This document shows, one piece after another, positions 18,964-27,951 of a DNA stretch of 57,391 bases. Source of the stretch: a virus (lineage: Duplodnaviria; Caudoviricetes). The position numbers were made by a program, and so were the translations under genes. Below the pieces are notes generated by a model. That model was not told the origin of the DNA and did not search any database. It was given only the letters and a program-made list of their open reading frames with translations. Location: IMG/VR virus record IMGVR_UViG_3300027708_000083, positions 1 to 57,391 of that record; one strand, given 5' to 3'. Positions within the stretch are counted from its first letter, which is position 1; each line of letters begins with the position of its first letter.

Positions 18964-19095
18964 CTGTATTTATGGTATTATACACAACAATGATAAGAAC
19001 ATCAATCAAGTTGATTATTTGTGCAATGCCACGTATACTTGATAAATACTCAGTAGAAACCATGAGTATCTACTAACACCCACAGGAGTCACAAA

Positions 19096-19281
19096 ATGAC
19101 AACAATATCAAATAAAATGCTTTCTATATTAGAAAGACTGGCAGAAATGTTTCCTAAAGCAGGTTATCAAACGCACTTAGAGCAGTATATTAACAGCAAA
19201 AACCCAACTAATGCGGCAGAAGTAGACTACTGGCAACGCCAATACGATTCAGAAGCCAAATACTGGAGCCGTGGACTATGA
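19096..19281 (+). CDS. Small hypothetical protein
   Basis: AGGAG RBS and upstream TAAATA. Confidence 0.65.
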   Translation: MTTISNKMLSILERLAEMFPKAGYQTHLEQYINSKNPTNAAEVDYWQRQYDSEAKYWSRGL

Positions 19282-19397
19282 AAACCATTCTTAACTCAAT
19301 TTGGACAATCTTAGTCTCAGTAGGCGAAGCTCGTCATGCGGCGTGGCTCGCACGTCAAGGCCGAGTAGAAGAAGCCAAGGCAGTATATGGCAACTAA
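19278..19397 (+). CDS. 39-aa hypothetical protein (not in ORF track)
   Basis: ATGA overlap; MKTILNSIWTILVSVGEARHAAWLARQGRVEEAKAVYGN. Confidence 0.5.
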   Translation: MKTILNSIWTILVSVGEARHAAWLARQGRVEEAKAVYGN

Positions 19398-19497
19398 AGT
19401 ATTTGAAGCTGTTCAACACTTTGAACACAAGTACGGTGAACGAGCCGCGACATGGGCCATTGCGGCCATTGTTGTGTACTTGGTAATAGCACAGTAA
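19387..19497 (+). CDS. 36-aa membrane peptide (not in ORF track)
   Basis: MATKVFEAVQHFEHKYGERAATWAIAAIVVYLVIAQ. Confidence 0.45.
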   Translation: MATKVFEAVQHFEHKYGERAATWAIAAIVVYLVIAQ

Positions 19498-19516
19498 ACT
19501 ACCGATAAATATTGGC

Positions 19517-20092
19517 ATGAACTTAGTGTATATTCACGGGGCAAATGCCACCAGCGAGAGCTTCAACTATATTAAAAGTAAACTGGGCACAGGACTAGAC
19601 ATTAACTACGATAGTCGCAACGGGTTTGAAAACAACTTCAAAGATATGCAGACTGCGTTGCAGGATCATAAGGACATAGTGTTTGTTGCGCATAGTCTTG
19701 GTGGTATATACGCATTGCACTTGGCCAACAGCATGCCTAATATAGTTAAGGGTGCTGTGACACTAAGCACTCCATATGGTGGTGCTGAAGTAGCGGACTA
19801 TGCTCAATACTTCTTGCCATTCAGCAGACTGATGCGTGATATTGGACCCAGTTCGTGGGTAATGAAGCAGGCTAAACGTATCAAGATACAGCATCCGTGG
19901 ACCAACATTGTTACGGTGAAAGGGCAAAGCCCATTTATGCATGAGCCTAACGATGGCGTTGTAACTATTGCCAGTCAACGGCATCATGCGGATATGGAAC
20001 TAGTAGAAGTGGACTGCAACCACTATGAAGTTGTGCTGAGTGATGCTGTTGTTAGACTTGTTAAAGAAAGAGTAAACAAGTTTAAAAAATAA
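19517..20092 (+). CDS. Alpha/beta hydrolase (lipase/esterase-like)
   Basis: YIHG oxyanion motif, AHSLGG nucleophile elbow, NDGVV and NH. Confidence 0.85.
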   Translation: MNLVYIHGANATSESFNYIKSKLGTGLDINYDSRNGFENNFKDMQTALQDHKDIVFVAHSLGGIYALHLANSMPNIVKGAVTLSTPYGGAEVADYAQYFLPFSRLMRDIGPSSWVMKQAKRIKIQHPWTNIVTVKGQSPFMHEPNDGVVTIASQRHHADMELVEVDCNHYEVVLSDAVVRLVKERVNKFKK

Positions 20093-20189
20093 GTCATTCA
20101 GCTTTACACACAGTCTTGTACACTGTATAATAAATACATGGACAGCAAAGTTGCTGTCAATACAGACATTAAACACACAGGAGATTATT

Positions 20190-20462
20190 ATGTCACAATT
20201 TGAAACACCAAAACTACCAGAAGTTAAATTCAGCAAGAACGGCTACGAAATCCGTACTGACATCTTGGGCATGGCCAAAAGCCTAGTACAAGACGACTTC
20301 CACGCCAAATTCCAAGGCTGGGAAATGACCACTGCCAAAGATCCAGCTACAGGCAAGTTGGTTACCACAGTGGGTATGCCTGAGTTTCCAGGACTTGACA
20401 AAGTGTTGGAAACAGCTGAAAAGATGTATAGCTTTGTGAACCAAGGCGTTGCAAAGAAGTAA
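20190..20462 (+). CDS. Conserved phage hypothetical protein
   Basis: AGGAG RBS; KNGYEIRTDIL...VLETAEKMYSFV. Confidence 0.7.
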   Translation: MSQFETPKLPEVKFSKNGYEIRTDILGMAKSLVQDDFHAKFQGWEMTTAKDPATGKLVTTVGMPEFPGLDKVLETAEKMYSFVNQGVAKK

Positions 20463-20505
20463 TACATTAGCATAGCTAGTTCGCCAGAATAGCGTAACAT
20501 TCACT

Positions 20506-20529
20506 AGCACCTTCGGGTGCTTTTCTTTT
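20506..20529 (+). terminator. Rho-independent terminator
   Basis: AGCACC-TTCG-GGTGCT followed by a T-run. Confidence 0.85.
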
Positions 20530-20619
20530 GGCTAAAATACTTGTCAACGGATGTGCAGGCTATGGCGTTATATATATGTAGGGGTAGAAATTCCTACTTA
20601 ACCAAAAGGAAACTTCAAA

Positions 20620-20871
20620 ATGAAAACTATCGCAACCGTAATCGCAACCTTGTTTGCCGCAACTGCTTTCGCCGCTGAGCCAGCTAAGGCTCCTGCAACA
20701 CCAGCAAGTGCAACTCCTGCCGCTACAGCAAGTGCTCCAGCACCAACTGCTTCTAAGCCTGCCAAGACTGAAAAGAAAGCAAAGCCAGAGGTAGCCAAAG
20801 CTGATGCCACTAAAAGTGCAACACCAGCACCTGCCGCTAAGGATACCAAAACAGAAGCTGTTAAGAAGTAA
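20620..20871 (+). CDS. Secreted Ala/Pro/Lys-rich low-complexity protein
   Basis: Signal peptide MKTIATVIATLFAATAFA and AAAGGA RBS. Confidence 0.75.
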   Translation: MKTIATVIATLFAATAFAAEPAKAPATPASATPAATASAPAPTASKPAKTEKKAKPEVAKADATKSATPAPAAKDTKTEAVKK

Positions 20872-21076
20872 TCCACTTAGAAAAAGTTTGATACTTGGAG
20901 GGAGCGATCCTTCCAATACTATCGACGATGAAGATCTAATAACAACGTATCGTCGCAGAGATTTAGACAAGTCGGACAAACTCCAACCAGATGCTGATCT
21001 CAGTGATTATGTTTTAGTTAGATTGGCTGTGGCCAGAGCCAAAGCAATGGCTGCATATAGAGAAGCTCAAGCGTGA
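20804..21076 (+). CDS. Hypothetical protein, start uncertain
   Basis: Open frame with a protein-like acidic then helical C-half, followed by a hairpin and T-run. Confidence 0.4.
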   Translation: MPLKVQHQHLPLRIPKQKLLRSNPLRKSLILGGSDPSNTIDDEDLITTYRRRDLDKSDKLQPDADLSDYVLVRLAVARAKAMAAYREAQA

Positions 21077-21092
21077 AAACGGTTGGGCTTTT

Positions 21093-21503
21093 TTATTCTA
21101 CTGATTCTTTGTCAAAGTAGTTGGGATGCTGTTTACCCCAGTTACGCATGATAACTGCGGCCTGTGCATTAGCTTCATTCTCTTGTGGTGATCCAGTTGA
21201 ACCAGCGGCATCGTCAGCCAGCTCGCCATTCAAGTCTTGTTTGAAGTGTACCATTTCGTGTGCTAATGTCCTGCACACATCGTTGATGTGGCGATTTTTC
21301 ACAGTGATGGTGATGTGCTCAGCACCTGGCTGATATCCACCAAAGCTCTTGTTGTTTACACTTTGCTTTGAGTCAAACACAAAGTCAAACTTTGGCAATG
21401 TTTCAAGTTCCAAATGCTTGGCGGCAAAACGCACAAAGTCGTGTAGGATACCAAATGTATCCCGTTTGCTCATGCCCTCTACAAGTATTTCTTTAACTTT
21501 CAT
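21093..21503 (-). CDS. Zincin-like HEXXH metallopeptidase
   Basis: TLAHEMVH...ENEAN; MKVKEILVE start. Confidence 0.75.
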   Translation of the reverse strand: MKVKEILVEGMSKRDTFGILHDFVRFAAKHLELETLPKFDFVFDSKQSVNNKSFGGYQPGAEHITITVKNRHINDVCRTLAHEMVHFKQDLNGELADDAAGSTGSPQENEANAQAAVIMRNWGKQHPNYFDKESVE

Positions 21504-21513
21504 TGAGTATTTA

Positions 21514-22302
21514 TTACCAATTAATGGTAAACTGTGTACCTTGTGGGATTACTGAAGCACCAAACCATCCGGCAAAATTATAAAAGGTAGCATCTTCTGA
21601 AGCAACTGATGTAAATCCGCTGCCGGTCTGTGTTCTCACGTTGATTTGATTAGCAGTAAATCCGCCATTGTCGAATCTTGGATCAGTCCAAGTCAGTATC
21701 CAACCAGTGTTAGTGATGGCCGAAGCCATTCCTGAATTATCTGATTTTCTAACTTTAAACGTAAATGGATTGCCTACACTACTGTCTATGGTTCCTACAT
21801 AACTGGTAACAGGAGCATTAGTCCAAGGACGACCAGCTACTAAAGTTTGAGAACCCAAATATTGCCAAACAACAAAAGAATGGCCGACTATGCTGTTGCT
21901 GGTTAAAGTTAATTGCGTATCCGATTGTATTGATGCGATAGTACCAATTCCAAAGTTTCCATACGTTGATGTCATAACTGTGCCAACAGTCAACGTTGTA
22001 AAACTGGTTCCGGAACCAGTAACAATATTACTAGATGTACTGGCACTGATCAGTCCTGAGCCGGCAACTTGTACAGCACCATTGGCATTATTAGTTATAG
22101 CATTGCCTGTGTATTTTGTTGGTAATAAATTAATATCTAAAGTATTAGCGGCTCTATAATAATTCTTAGTAGAATCTATGCTTCCAGTAATCGTGCCATC
22201 ACGGGCCACAACTTTGCCCTGTCGTTTGGCAGTGGCTTTGTCCAGTTTGGCTTCTTGCTTTAACTGTTTAGTTGATAGTGTTGATATTCCGTTGGCGGCC
22301 AT
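21514..22302 (-). CDS. Putative virion fibre/decoration protein
   Basis: Thr/Gly/Ser-rich beta sequence with a VTGSGTSFT...IASIQSDTQLTL module. Confidence 0.55.
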   Translation of the reverse strand: MAANGISTLSTKQLKQEAKLDKATAKRQGKVVARDGTITGSIDSTKNYYRAANTLDINLLPTKYTGNAITNNANGAVQVAGSGLISASTSSNIVTGSGTSFTTLTVGTVMTSTYGNFGIGTIASIQSDTQLTLTSNSIVGHSFVVWQYLGSQTLVAGRPWTNAPVTSYVGTIDSSVGNPFTFKVRKSDNSGMASAITNTGWILTWTDPRFDNGGFTANQINVRTQTGSGFTSVASEDATFYNFAGWFGASVIPQGTQFTINW

Positions 22303-22341
22303 TATATGAATCCTCTACGTGTATTTATCGATAAGTACTCC

Positions 22342-22938
22342 ATGCTTACACATGTTCCTATAATACCTAATCTAGTGTATAAAACGCACGTTCCGCTAGA
22401 TTGGGCGGCAATCAACAACAAGTGCTTTGATTTAATCGGTACTTCTTTAAAAACAGAGTATGCTAAATCTCCTACAAACGGTGGTACTTCATTCACTCAA
22501 CGAGAACAACCTCACGAGTGGGACGAATTTAGTCTGTTACGATCAACAATACAAGCTAGCATTGAACAGATACGCAAAGAGTGGAAGTTAGTTCCCATTA
22601 AGTTTTGGTTAGAAAAAAGCTGGATAAGTTGGCATGATAATGGTGCCAAACTAGAAGAACACGATCACGGGCATACTATGTTTATAGCAACATACTATTT
22701 GAAAAAGCCCCCAAACAGCGGCAACATTGAATATAGAAATCCGTTAGAATATCACTGGGCTGGATACCCCATCTTACCCCCAGAACAAACACTCTGGACT
22801 GAAGTTCCTGCAGAAGCAGGAGATCTACTGTTGTTTCCCGGATGGCTCAAACATCGGGTACAACCTAACAACACCAATCAGAGGCGCATTGCCCTTACTA
22901 TAAATATTAACTCACATAGGTATCAATTTAATGATTAA
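22342..22938 (+). CDS. Putative 2OG-Fe(II) oxygenase (TIGR02466-like)
   Basis: HDH...YYL...[14 protein letters not shown]...RIAL. Confidence 0.8.
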   Translation: MLTHVPIIPNLVYKTHVPLDWAAINNKCFDLIGTSLKTEYAKSPTNGGTSFTQREQPHEWDEFSLLRSTIQASIEQIRKEWKLVPIKFWLEKSWISWHDNGAKLEEHDHGHTMFIATYYLKKPPNSGNIEYRNPLEYHWAGYPILPPEQTLWTEVPAEAGDLLLFPGWLKHRVQPNNTNQRRIALTININSHRYQFND

Positions 22939-24130
22939 CAAGCAACCGTTCGAGAAACTGATCGCAGAACTAAAAGACAATGGCAAGTATCGTGTGTTTA
23001 ATGATATCGTACGTGAAACAGGTAAGTTTCCCAGTGCTATATGGTATGGGCCTTACAACATCAAAAACATTGTTAACTGGTGTTCGAACGACTATTTAGG
23101 CATGGGGCAGAACAAAGTAGTACTGGATGCTATGCATACAGCATTAGATATGACTGGCGCAGGATCTGGCGGCACACGTAACATTGGTGGTACTAGTCAC
23201 TATCACGTGGCCTTAGAGCATGAGATAGCCACTCTACACAAGAAGGAAAAGGCAGTATTGTTTAGTTCAGCCTATGTGGCTAACGAATGGACCTTGATTG
23301 CTCTGGCCAAGATTATTCCTAATATTGAATATATCAGCGACAGCAATAATCATAACAGTATCATAGTGGGCATACAGCATAGCCGTGCTAAGAAAGTTAT
23401 CTTTAATCACAACGACTTAGAAGATCTAGAACAAAAACTTAAGATTAGTTTTGCACAAGGTAATACTCCTTGTGTAGTATTTGAAAGCGTGTACTCAATG
23501 GACGGAGATGTTGGACATATTAAAGAAATATGTAAACTGGCTGAAAAATATAAAGCTATAACTTACATAGACGAAGTTCATGCAGTGGGATTATATGGTA
23601 AAACTGGCGGCGGCAAAGTTGAAGAACTTGGGCTTGAAGACAAGATTGATATAATCAACGGAACCTTGGGAAAGGCCTTTGGTGTTCAAGGCGGCTACAT
23701 TGCTTGCGATAAGATTGTAGCTGATGCCATTCGAAGTGTTGCCGCTGGTTTTATCTTTACCACGTCAATGAGCCCTGTAACTTGTAGCGGAGCATTGGCT
23801 GCTATCAAATGGCTCAAGGATCATAATGAAGTACGTGAAAAGCATCAAGAACGGGCTCGTAAACTAAAACATAGATTGACTGTGGCTGGCATACCTGTAA
23901 TGGAATGTTCAACTAGTCACATTGTTCCTGTGCTGGTCGGTGATGCTAAACGTGCTAAGGCTATGAGTGATGCATTGTTAGCTGACTATAGTATCTATGT
24001 ACAGGCTATTAACTATCCTACAGTTGATGTGGGCACGGAGCGATTGCGATTTGCTCCCACTCCGTTTCATGATGATGGTATGATTGAAGACCTTGTTGAG
24101 GCCCTGGTCCATGTGTTTAATACAAACTGA
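22931..24130 (+). CDS. hemA: 5-aminolevulinate synthase (Shemin/C4 pathway, PLP-dependent)
   Basis: [55 protein letters not shown] and INYPTV..GTERLR. Confidence 0.93.
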   Translation: MINKQPFEKLIAELKDNGKYRVFNDIVRETGKFPSAIWYGPYNIKNIVNWCSNDYLGMGQNKVVLDAMHTALDMTGAGSGGTRNIGGTSHYHVALEHEIATLHKKEKAVLFSSAYVANEWTLIALAKIIPNIEYISDSNNHNSIIVGIQHSRAKKVIFNHNDLEDLEQKLKISFAQGNTPCVVFESVYSMDGDVGHIKEICKLAEKYKAITYIDEVHAVGLYGKTGGGKVEELGLEDKIDIINGTLGKAFGVQGGYIACDKIVADAIRSVAAGFIFTTSMSPVTCSGALAAIKWLKDHNEVREKHQERARKLKHRLTVAGIPVMECSTSHIVPVLVGDAKRAKAMSDALLADYSIYVQAINYPTVDVGTERLRFAPTPFHDDGMIEDLVEALVHVFNTN

Positions 24131-24347
24131 TCAACTGCGTGACGCCAAATACTAAGGCAGCACGAGCCTGTTGATCAGCGGCCGCTTCTTCCAACTTGTC
24201 TGTACTGATTAAATCTTGTAGGATCTCTTTGGCTTCACTACCACTTAGTAAGCCTGCTCCAACAGATTCGTGTACTTGTAACGCATACTGAGCACGTTCT
24301 GCGGCCCATGGATGGCCGCTGTTCATTAGTTCTGTTAATACGCTCAT
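24117..24347 (-). CDS. Hypothetical protein
   Basis: 76-aa ORF with GGAG RBS. Confidence 0.6.
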   Translation of the reverse strand: MSVLTELMNSGHPWAAERAQYALQVHESVGAGLLSGSEAKEILQDLISTDKLEEAAADQQARAALVFGVTQLISLY

Positions 24348-27298
24348 TTAGAATCTCCTAGTTTTCCTACTACATAGCACAATGGCTCTAACACAGCACG
24401 ATATACTCGTCCTAATGTGTCTCTACGACGACCTTTTATTTCTAAATAGATGTCGCTGGTTCTATGACGGGCAATGTGTTCTAATGCTTTCTTAACCCAA
24501 TGATTAGTTTGGCCTGTACCTTGAGCATAAGCAACCAATGGCAAGAACAAAGCATGATAGCCACGTTGATATACATCAGCTTCGGGCATGTTGGCACTAT
24601 GACGCAACCATATGGCATTGCGATAACTTCCAAATCCATATTCATCGTTCATCATAGTACACACAATTTTCTTTCCGCCGCCACTTAATACGCTTACTAC
24701 TTTACCAGCCGCATCTGTACAAGCATTGGCAATTTGTCCGCCTGTTTTGACAATACCGTTTTCAATTTGATAACCAGCATCGACAAATGTTTTTACAGCT
24801 TCTGCGGCTTTGATGCCTGTGAGATTCTCCAAGTCAGCCTGTCTCAAGTTAGATAAGGATACTGCGGCATTGTAAATATTTTTGCGATTATCATAGATAT
24901 ATTTGCTTGTTCGGTAAGCCTGCATGCCTTCGTTTATCAGTTGATTAAAATCAAAGGTGCCGCTAACATTGACATCTTCAAGTCCTATATACGCCGCAAC
25001 ACTTCCTGATACTCCCATAGTGAGTTTGCCATCTTTGTAAGTGGTCTGCTCTCCGAGATCAGCTTCAAAGTGATCGCGCCCAACTGACACACCGGCTGAT
25101 GCAGTTCCACCAACTGGACCTTCTGTCACAGTAACACTGCCTTCTACACCCACGCAACTGCCAATTTCCACGCCACCTTGCATTTGTTGGCCGTTTTGGC
25201 CAACTTCAATGACCATCTCAGCTCTGGCACCTGACTGTGCAAACACACAACCTTCTGCATTGACTGTGGTGTCTGGACCGTATGGATTCACAACATGTCC
25301 TTCTACTGCGGCACCTGATTCGGCTCGTACTATACAACAGGCTCCGGCTGTGACATAAGCATTGTTGCCTGTAGTACCAACACCAGCATAGGCTTCTTCT
25401 CTCACTGTCAAATCTACCCAGGCACGCATTTGGCAACCAACATACTCGTTGCCTACTTCTGCTGTGGCTTCGGCACCCACGCTGTATGATTGTCCAACAT
25501 AGACTGAAGCACCGGTCCTGCTGACTTCAGCACTGGCTGATTGATTGTATGTGGCATAGGCAGATACTTGGTAGCTGGCACTAAATCCGCCACCGGACAC
25601 TGAATCAGATTTTGACACAGTTATCTCACCGCCACTATTATATGCCACTACCTGTTTATTGTCAGTGGGATCTTTGGCTCTTTCTGTAGCAGGCAAGAAT
25701 CGAGTACCATGCACTGAGTATAATGCTCGTATCTGCGATGCTGTCAGTACTGAGCTGTATGCTCTAATCTGTGCCAAGTTGCCTTGGAAGTTTTCACTGG
25801 CTCCGGCGTTGTAAGCAATGCCCAATGCTGTATTGATTCTGGCACCTTTTGGAAAGTTGTTATGTGTGTTGTCTAACGCACCGTCTACAAAAATCTGTGC
25901 TTGTCCTGTGGCAATGTTACGAGTAACTGCCAATTGATGCCATCGACCGTCATTGTAAGATTTAGTAGATACAAATGTAGTATCAGGCTGACCCATGCCA
26001 AACACAATGCGTCCTTGTGCCATACCAATGCCCATGTCAGCAACATCGCCTCCCAGTTCACCGCCCACCATCATAGTAGACATATACCATGGGGCATTTG
26101 GATTACCACGAGTAGAAGTTGTGTTGAACCATATGATCCATGTCATATTGTTGACCACTGGCATGCCTATATTGGCACGACGGACATCGCCATTAAAAGA
26201 GAAATAGCCACCAGCATCAGTGCTATACCCTTGAGACCCATGTGTCAAGGTAGCATTGAATCTATTGTTACTGTCAGTCCATGTGTTGCCTGAAGTATAG
26301 TTAGCGGCATCCAGATTCATTACAAGGCTGTTGGCTGAAGCAGATTTATAGCCACCTGCGTTTGAAGTTCTAACTGAAATACTACGCACTGGCACTTGTT
26401 TCCATCTTAGCTTATCCATGTCAGCTTTGGCAGCAAGCATGTCTTTCTGCGCAGAATCGGCACTGGCCTTGGCTGAATCAGCAGGACCCTTGGCAACAAG
26501 TAAGTCTTTGATATTGCCTTCAATAATGAAAGCAGCCGCTTTGGCAAGTTTGTTATTTTTACCTTGTAAACGAACAGGTCTTCGGCCAGCACGGATAAAC
26601 ACGGTGCTGTTGTATTCTTTTCGCTGTCCACCAATGTCAGCTATCGGTTGATTATCTACCCAGGCTTTTCCTGAATCATCAACTGCACCTCTAAAGTTAT
26701 AGTAAGCATCAACCGGGAAGTCAACCATCCAAGTATAATCAAAAAGATCTGTATTGCCAATCCAATTACAGTTGTCATTTAACAGTTGACAATAGTTGTC
26801 TTGTTTTGGTTGATTGTTTAAGGGAACTTGCTGGCCTTGCCAATCAACTGTGGCAGTTCTCATGTTCCATATACGCATTAACTGTGTGTCATCATCAATA
26901 ATCATGGCACAGGACTTATCACCACCAGTGTCATTGCCCTGGCAACGGATAACATGATCGCCACCGCCAATCCACATTACTTGACTGGTCATTTGATTGT
27001 AAGGGCCGCTCTTGGGCAGGTCAACTCCGTCAATACTGAACATGGCCCAGTTGTCGGCGGCATACTTAAAATTGTAATAACCATCACCTGGAAAGTTCAC
27101 AGTAGTGGTCACATCAATCTGTTGTTTTTCTGTTTTGGTTGAAGTCTTGTTGGTAAACGGTTGCTTGAATGTGGTTACTTTGTCTTGCGGCCATACGCCA
27201 TTGTCACGCAACCACTGACTGTAGTCGCCGTTTTGATCGCCTTGACGCCACGACATCAAGTTGGTGTTCTTTAAGTTAAAGAGTTGATTGACTGCCAT
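24344..27298 (-). CDS. 984-aa mosaic protein: PA14-like repeats, LamG/ConA domain, Gly-rich beta region, KIVCT C-terminal domain
   Basis: Two YYNF..A.DD repeats; LDAANY..., DGRWHQLAVT and FQGNLAQIRAYSSVLTASQI (LamG). Confidence 0.7.
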   Translation of the reverse strand: MAVNQLFNLKNTNLMSWRQGDQNGDYSQWLRDNGVWPQDKVTTFKQPFTNKTSTKTEKQQIDVTTTVNFPGDGYYNFKYAADNWAMFSIDGVDLPKSGPYNQMTSQVMWIGGGDHVIRCQGNDTGGDKSCAMIIDDDTQLMRIWNMRTATVDWQGQQVPLNNQPKQDNYCQLLNDNCNWIGNTDLFDYTWMVDFPVDAYYNFRGAVDDSGKAWVDNQPIADIGGQRKEYNSTVFIRAGRRPVRLQGKNNKLAKAAAFIIEGNIKDLLVAKGPADSAKASADSAQKDMLAAKADMDKLRWKQVPVRSISVRTSNAGGYKSASANSLVMNLDAANYTSGNTWTDSNNRFNATLTHGSQGYSTDAGGYFSFNGDVRRANIGMPVVNNMTWIIWFNTTSTRGNPNAPWYMSTMMVGGELGGDVADMGIGMAQGRIVFGMGQPDTTFVSTKSYNDGRWHQLAVTRNIATGQAQIFVDGALDNTHNNFPKGARINTALGIAYNAGASENFQGNLAQIRAYSSVLTASQIRALYSVHGTRFLPATERAKDPTDNKQVVAYNSGGEITVSKSDSVSGGGFSASYQVSAYATYNQSASAEVSRTGASVYVGQSYSVGAEATAEVGNEYVGCQMRAWVDLTVREEAYAGVGTTGNNAYVTAGACCIVRAESGAAVEGHVVNPYGPDTTVNAEGCVFAQSGARAEMVIEVGQNGQQMQGGVEIGSCVGVEGSVTVTEGPVGGTASAGVSVGRDHFEADLGEQTTYKDGKLTMGVSGSVAAYIGLEDVNVSGTFDFNQLINEGMQAYRTSKYIYDNRKNIYNAAVSLSNLRQADLENLTGIKAAEAVKTFVDAGYQIENGIVKTGGQIANACTDAAGKVVSVLSGGGKKIVCTMMNDEYGFGSYRNAIWLRHSANMPEADVYQRGYHALFLPLVAYAQGTGQTNHWVKKALEHIARHRTSDIYLEIKGRRRDTLGRVYRAVLEPLCYVVGKLGDSK
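24345..24358. repeat. 14-bp direct repeat, copy 1 (CATTTAGAATCTCC)
   Basis: Exact copy at 27296-27309. Confidence 0.85.
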
Positions 27299-27309
27299 TT
27301 AGAATCTCC
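27296..27309. repeat. 14-bp direct repeat, copy 2
   Basis: Exact copy at 24345-24358. Confidence 0.85.
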
Positions 27310-27682
27310 CTTGTACTGATCCTGTTAGGATCTCAGTTTGTTGTTTAATAATTTTTAATTTCAAATCGCAATACAAAGGACTTACGGGTCCAGTCTTCAA
27401 ACGATCTTGATACTCTTTAACTGTTGTTGTTATTGTATCCGTTAGTTTAGCAATATCACGTGTTGGTTTAGTACGAGCATAGGTGTCAAACCACTCTACA
27501 TTAATTGCCAATGCACTTAACTGACTGGCTTGATCAGCCTTGCAATCAAAGTGATTGGCTTGTACTTGTATGTCTGTAATAACCTTAGCTTGGTTAACAT
27601 CCCAACGGCTTGGAATCATTTCCATTATGCTGGCGCAACCTGTTAAACTTAAAAATGCTAATACGACTAATAATTGTTTCAT
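27299..27682 (-). CDS. Lipoprotein
   Basis: Lipobox LTGC after a hydrophobic leader. Confidence 0.75.
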   Translation of the reverse strand: MKQLLVVLAFLSLTGCASIMEMIPSRWDVNQAKVITDIQVQANHFDCKADQASQLSALAINVEWFDTYARTKPTRDIAKLTDTITTTVKEYQDRLKTGPVSPLYCDLKLKIIKQQTEILTGSVQGRF

Positions 27683-27951
27683 ATTGGCTCCAATGCTGTG
27701 TCGTCGCCGACTTTTTGTTGTACTGCTTGAATTGTCTGTGTAGGATATTGTTGTTCAATCTTGGCAATTGCTTGATTGTACATTTGTACTTGACTTGCCA
27801 TGTCTGCTATCATTAATGCTTGACCAAGGCCGGGAATAAAATATAACAAAGTGGACAAGTTAGGGAATTTTTCTTTAAGTTGGCTGAGTAGGTTACCTTC
27901 AACATCTTGGCCACCGAACTTAACTTCACTTATAAATTCCGTTGCTCTCAT
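27679..27951 (-). CDS. Hypothetical protein (MRATEFISE start)
   Basis: 90-aa ORF with ATGA overlaps. Confidence 0.6.
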   Translation of the reverse strand: MRATEFISEVKFGGQDVEGNLLSQLKEKFPNLSTLLYFIPGLGQALMIADMASQVQMYNQAIAKIEQQYPTQTIQAVQQKVGDDTALEPI

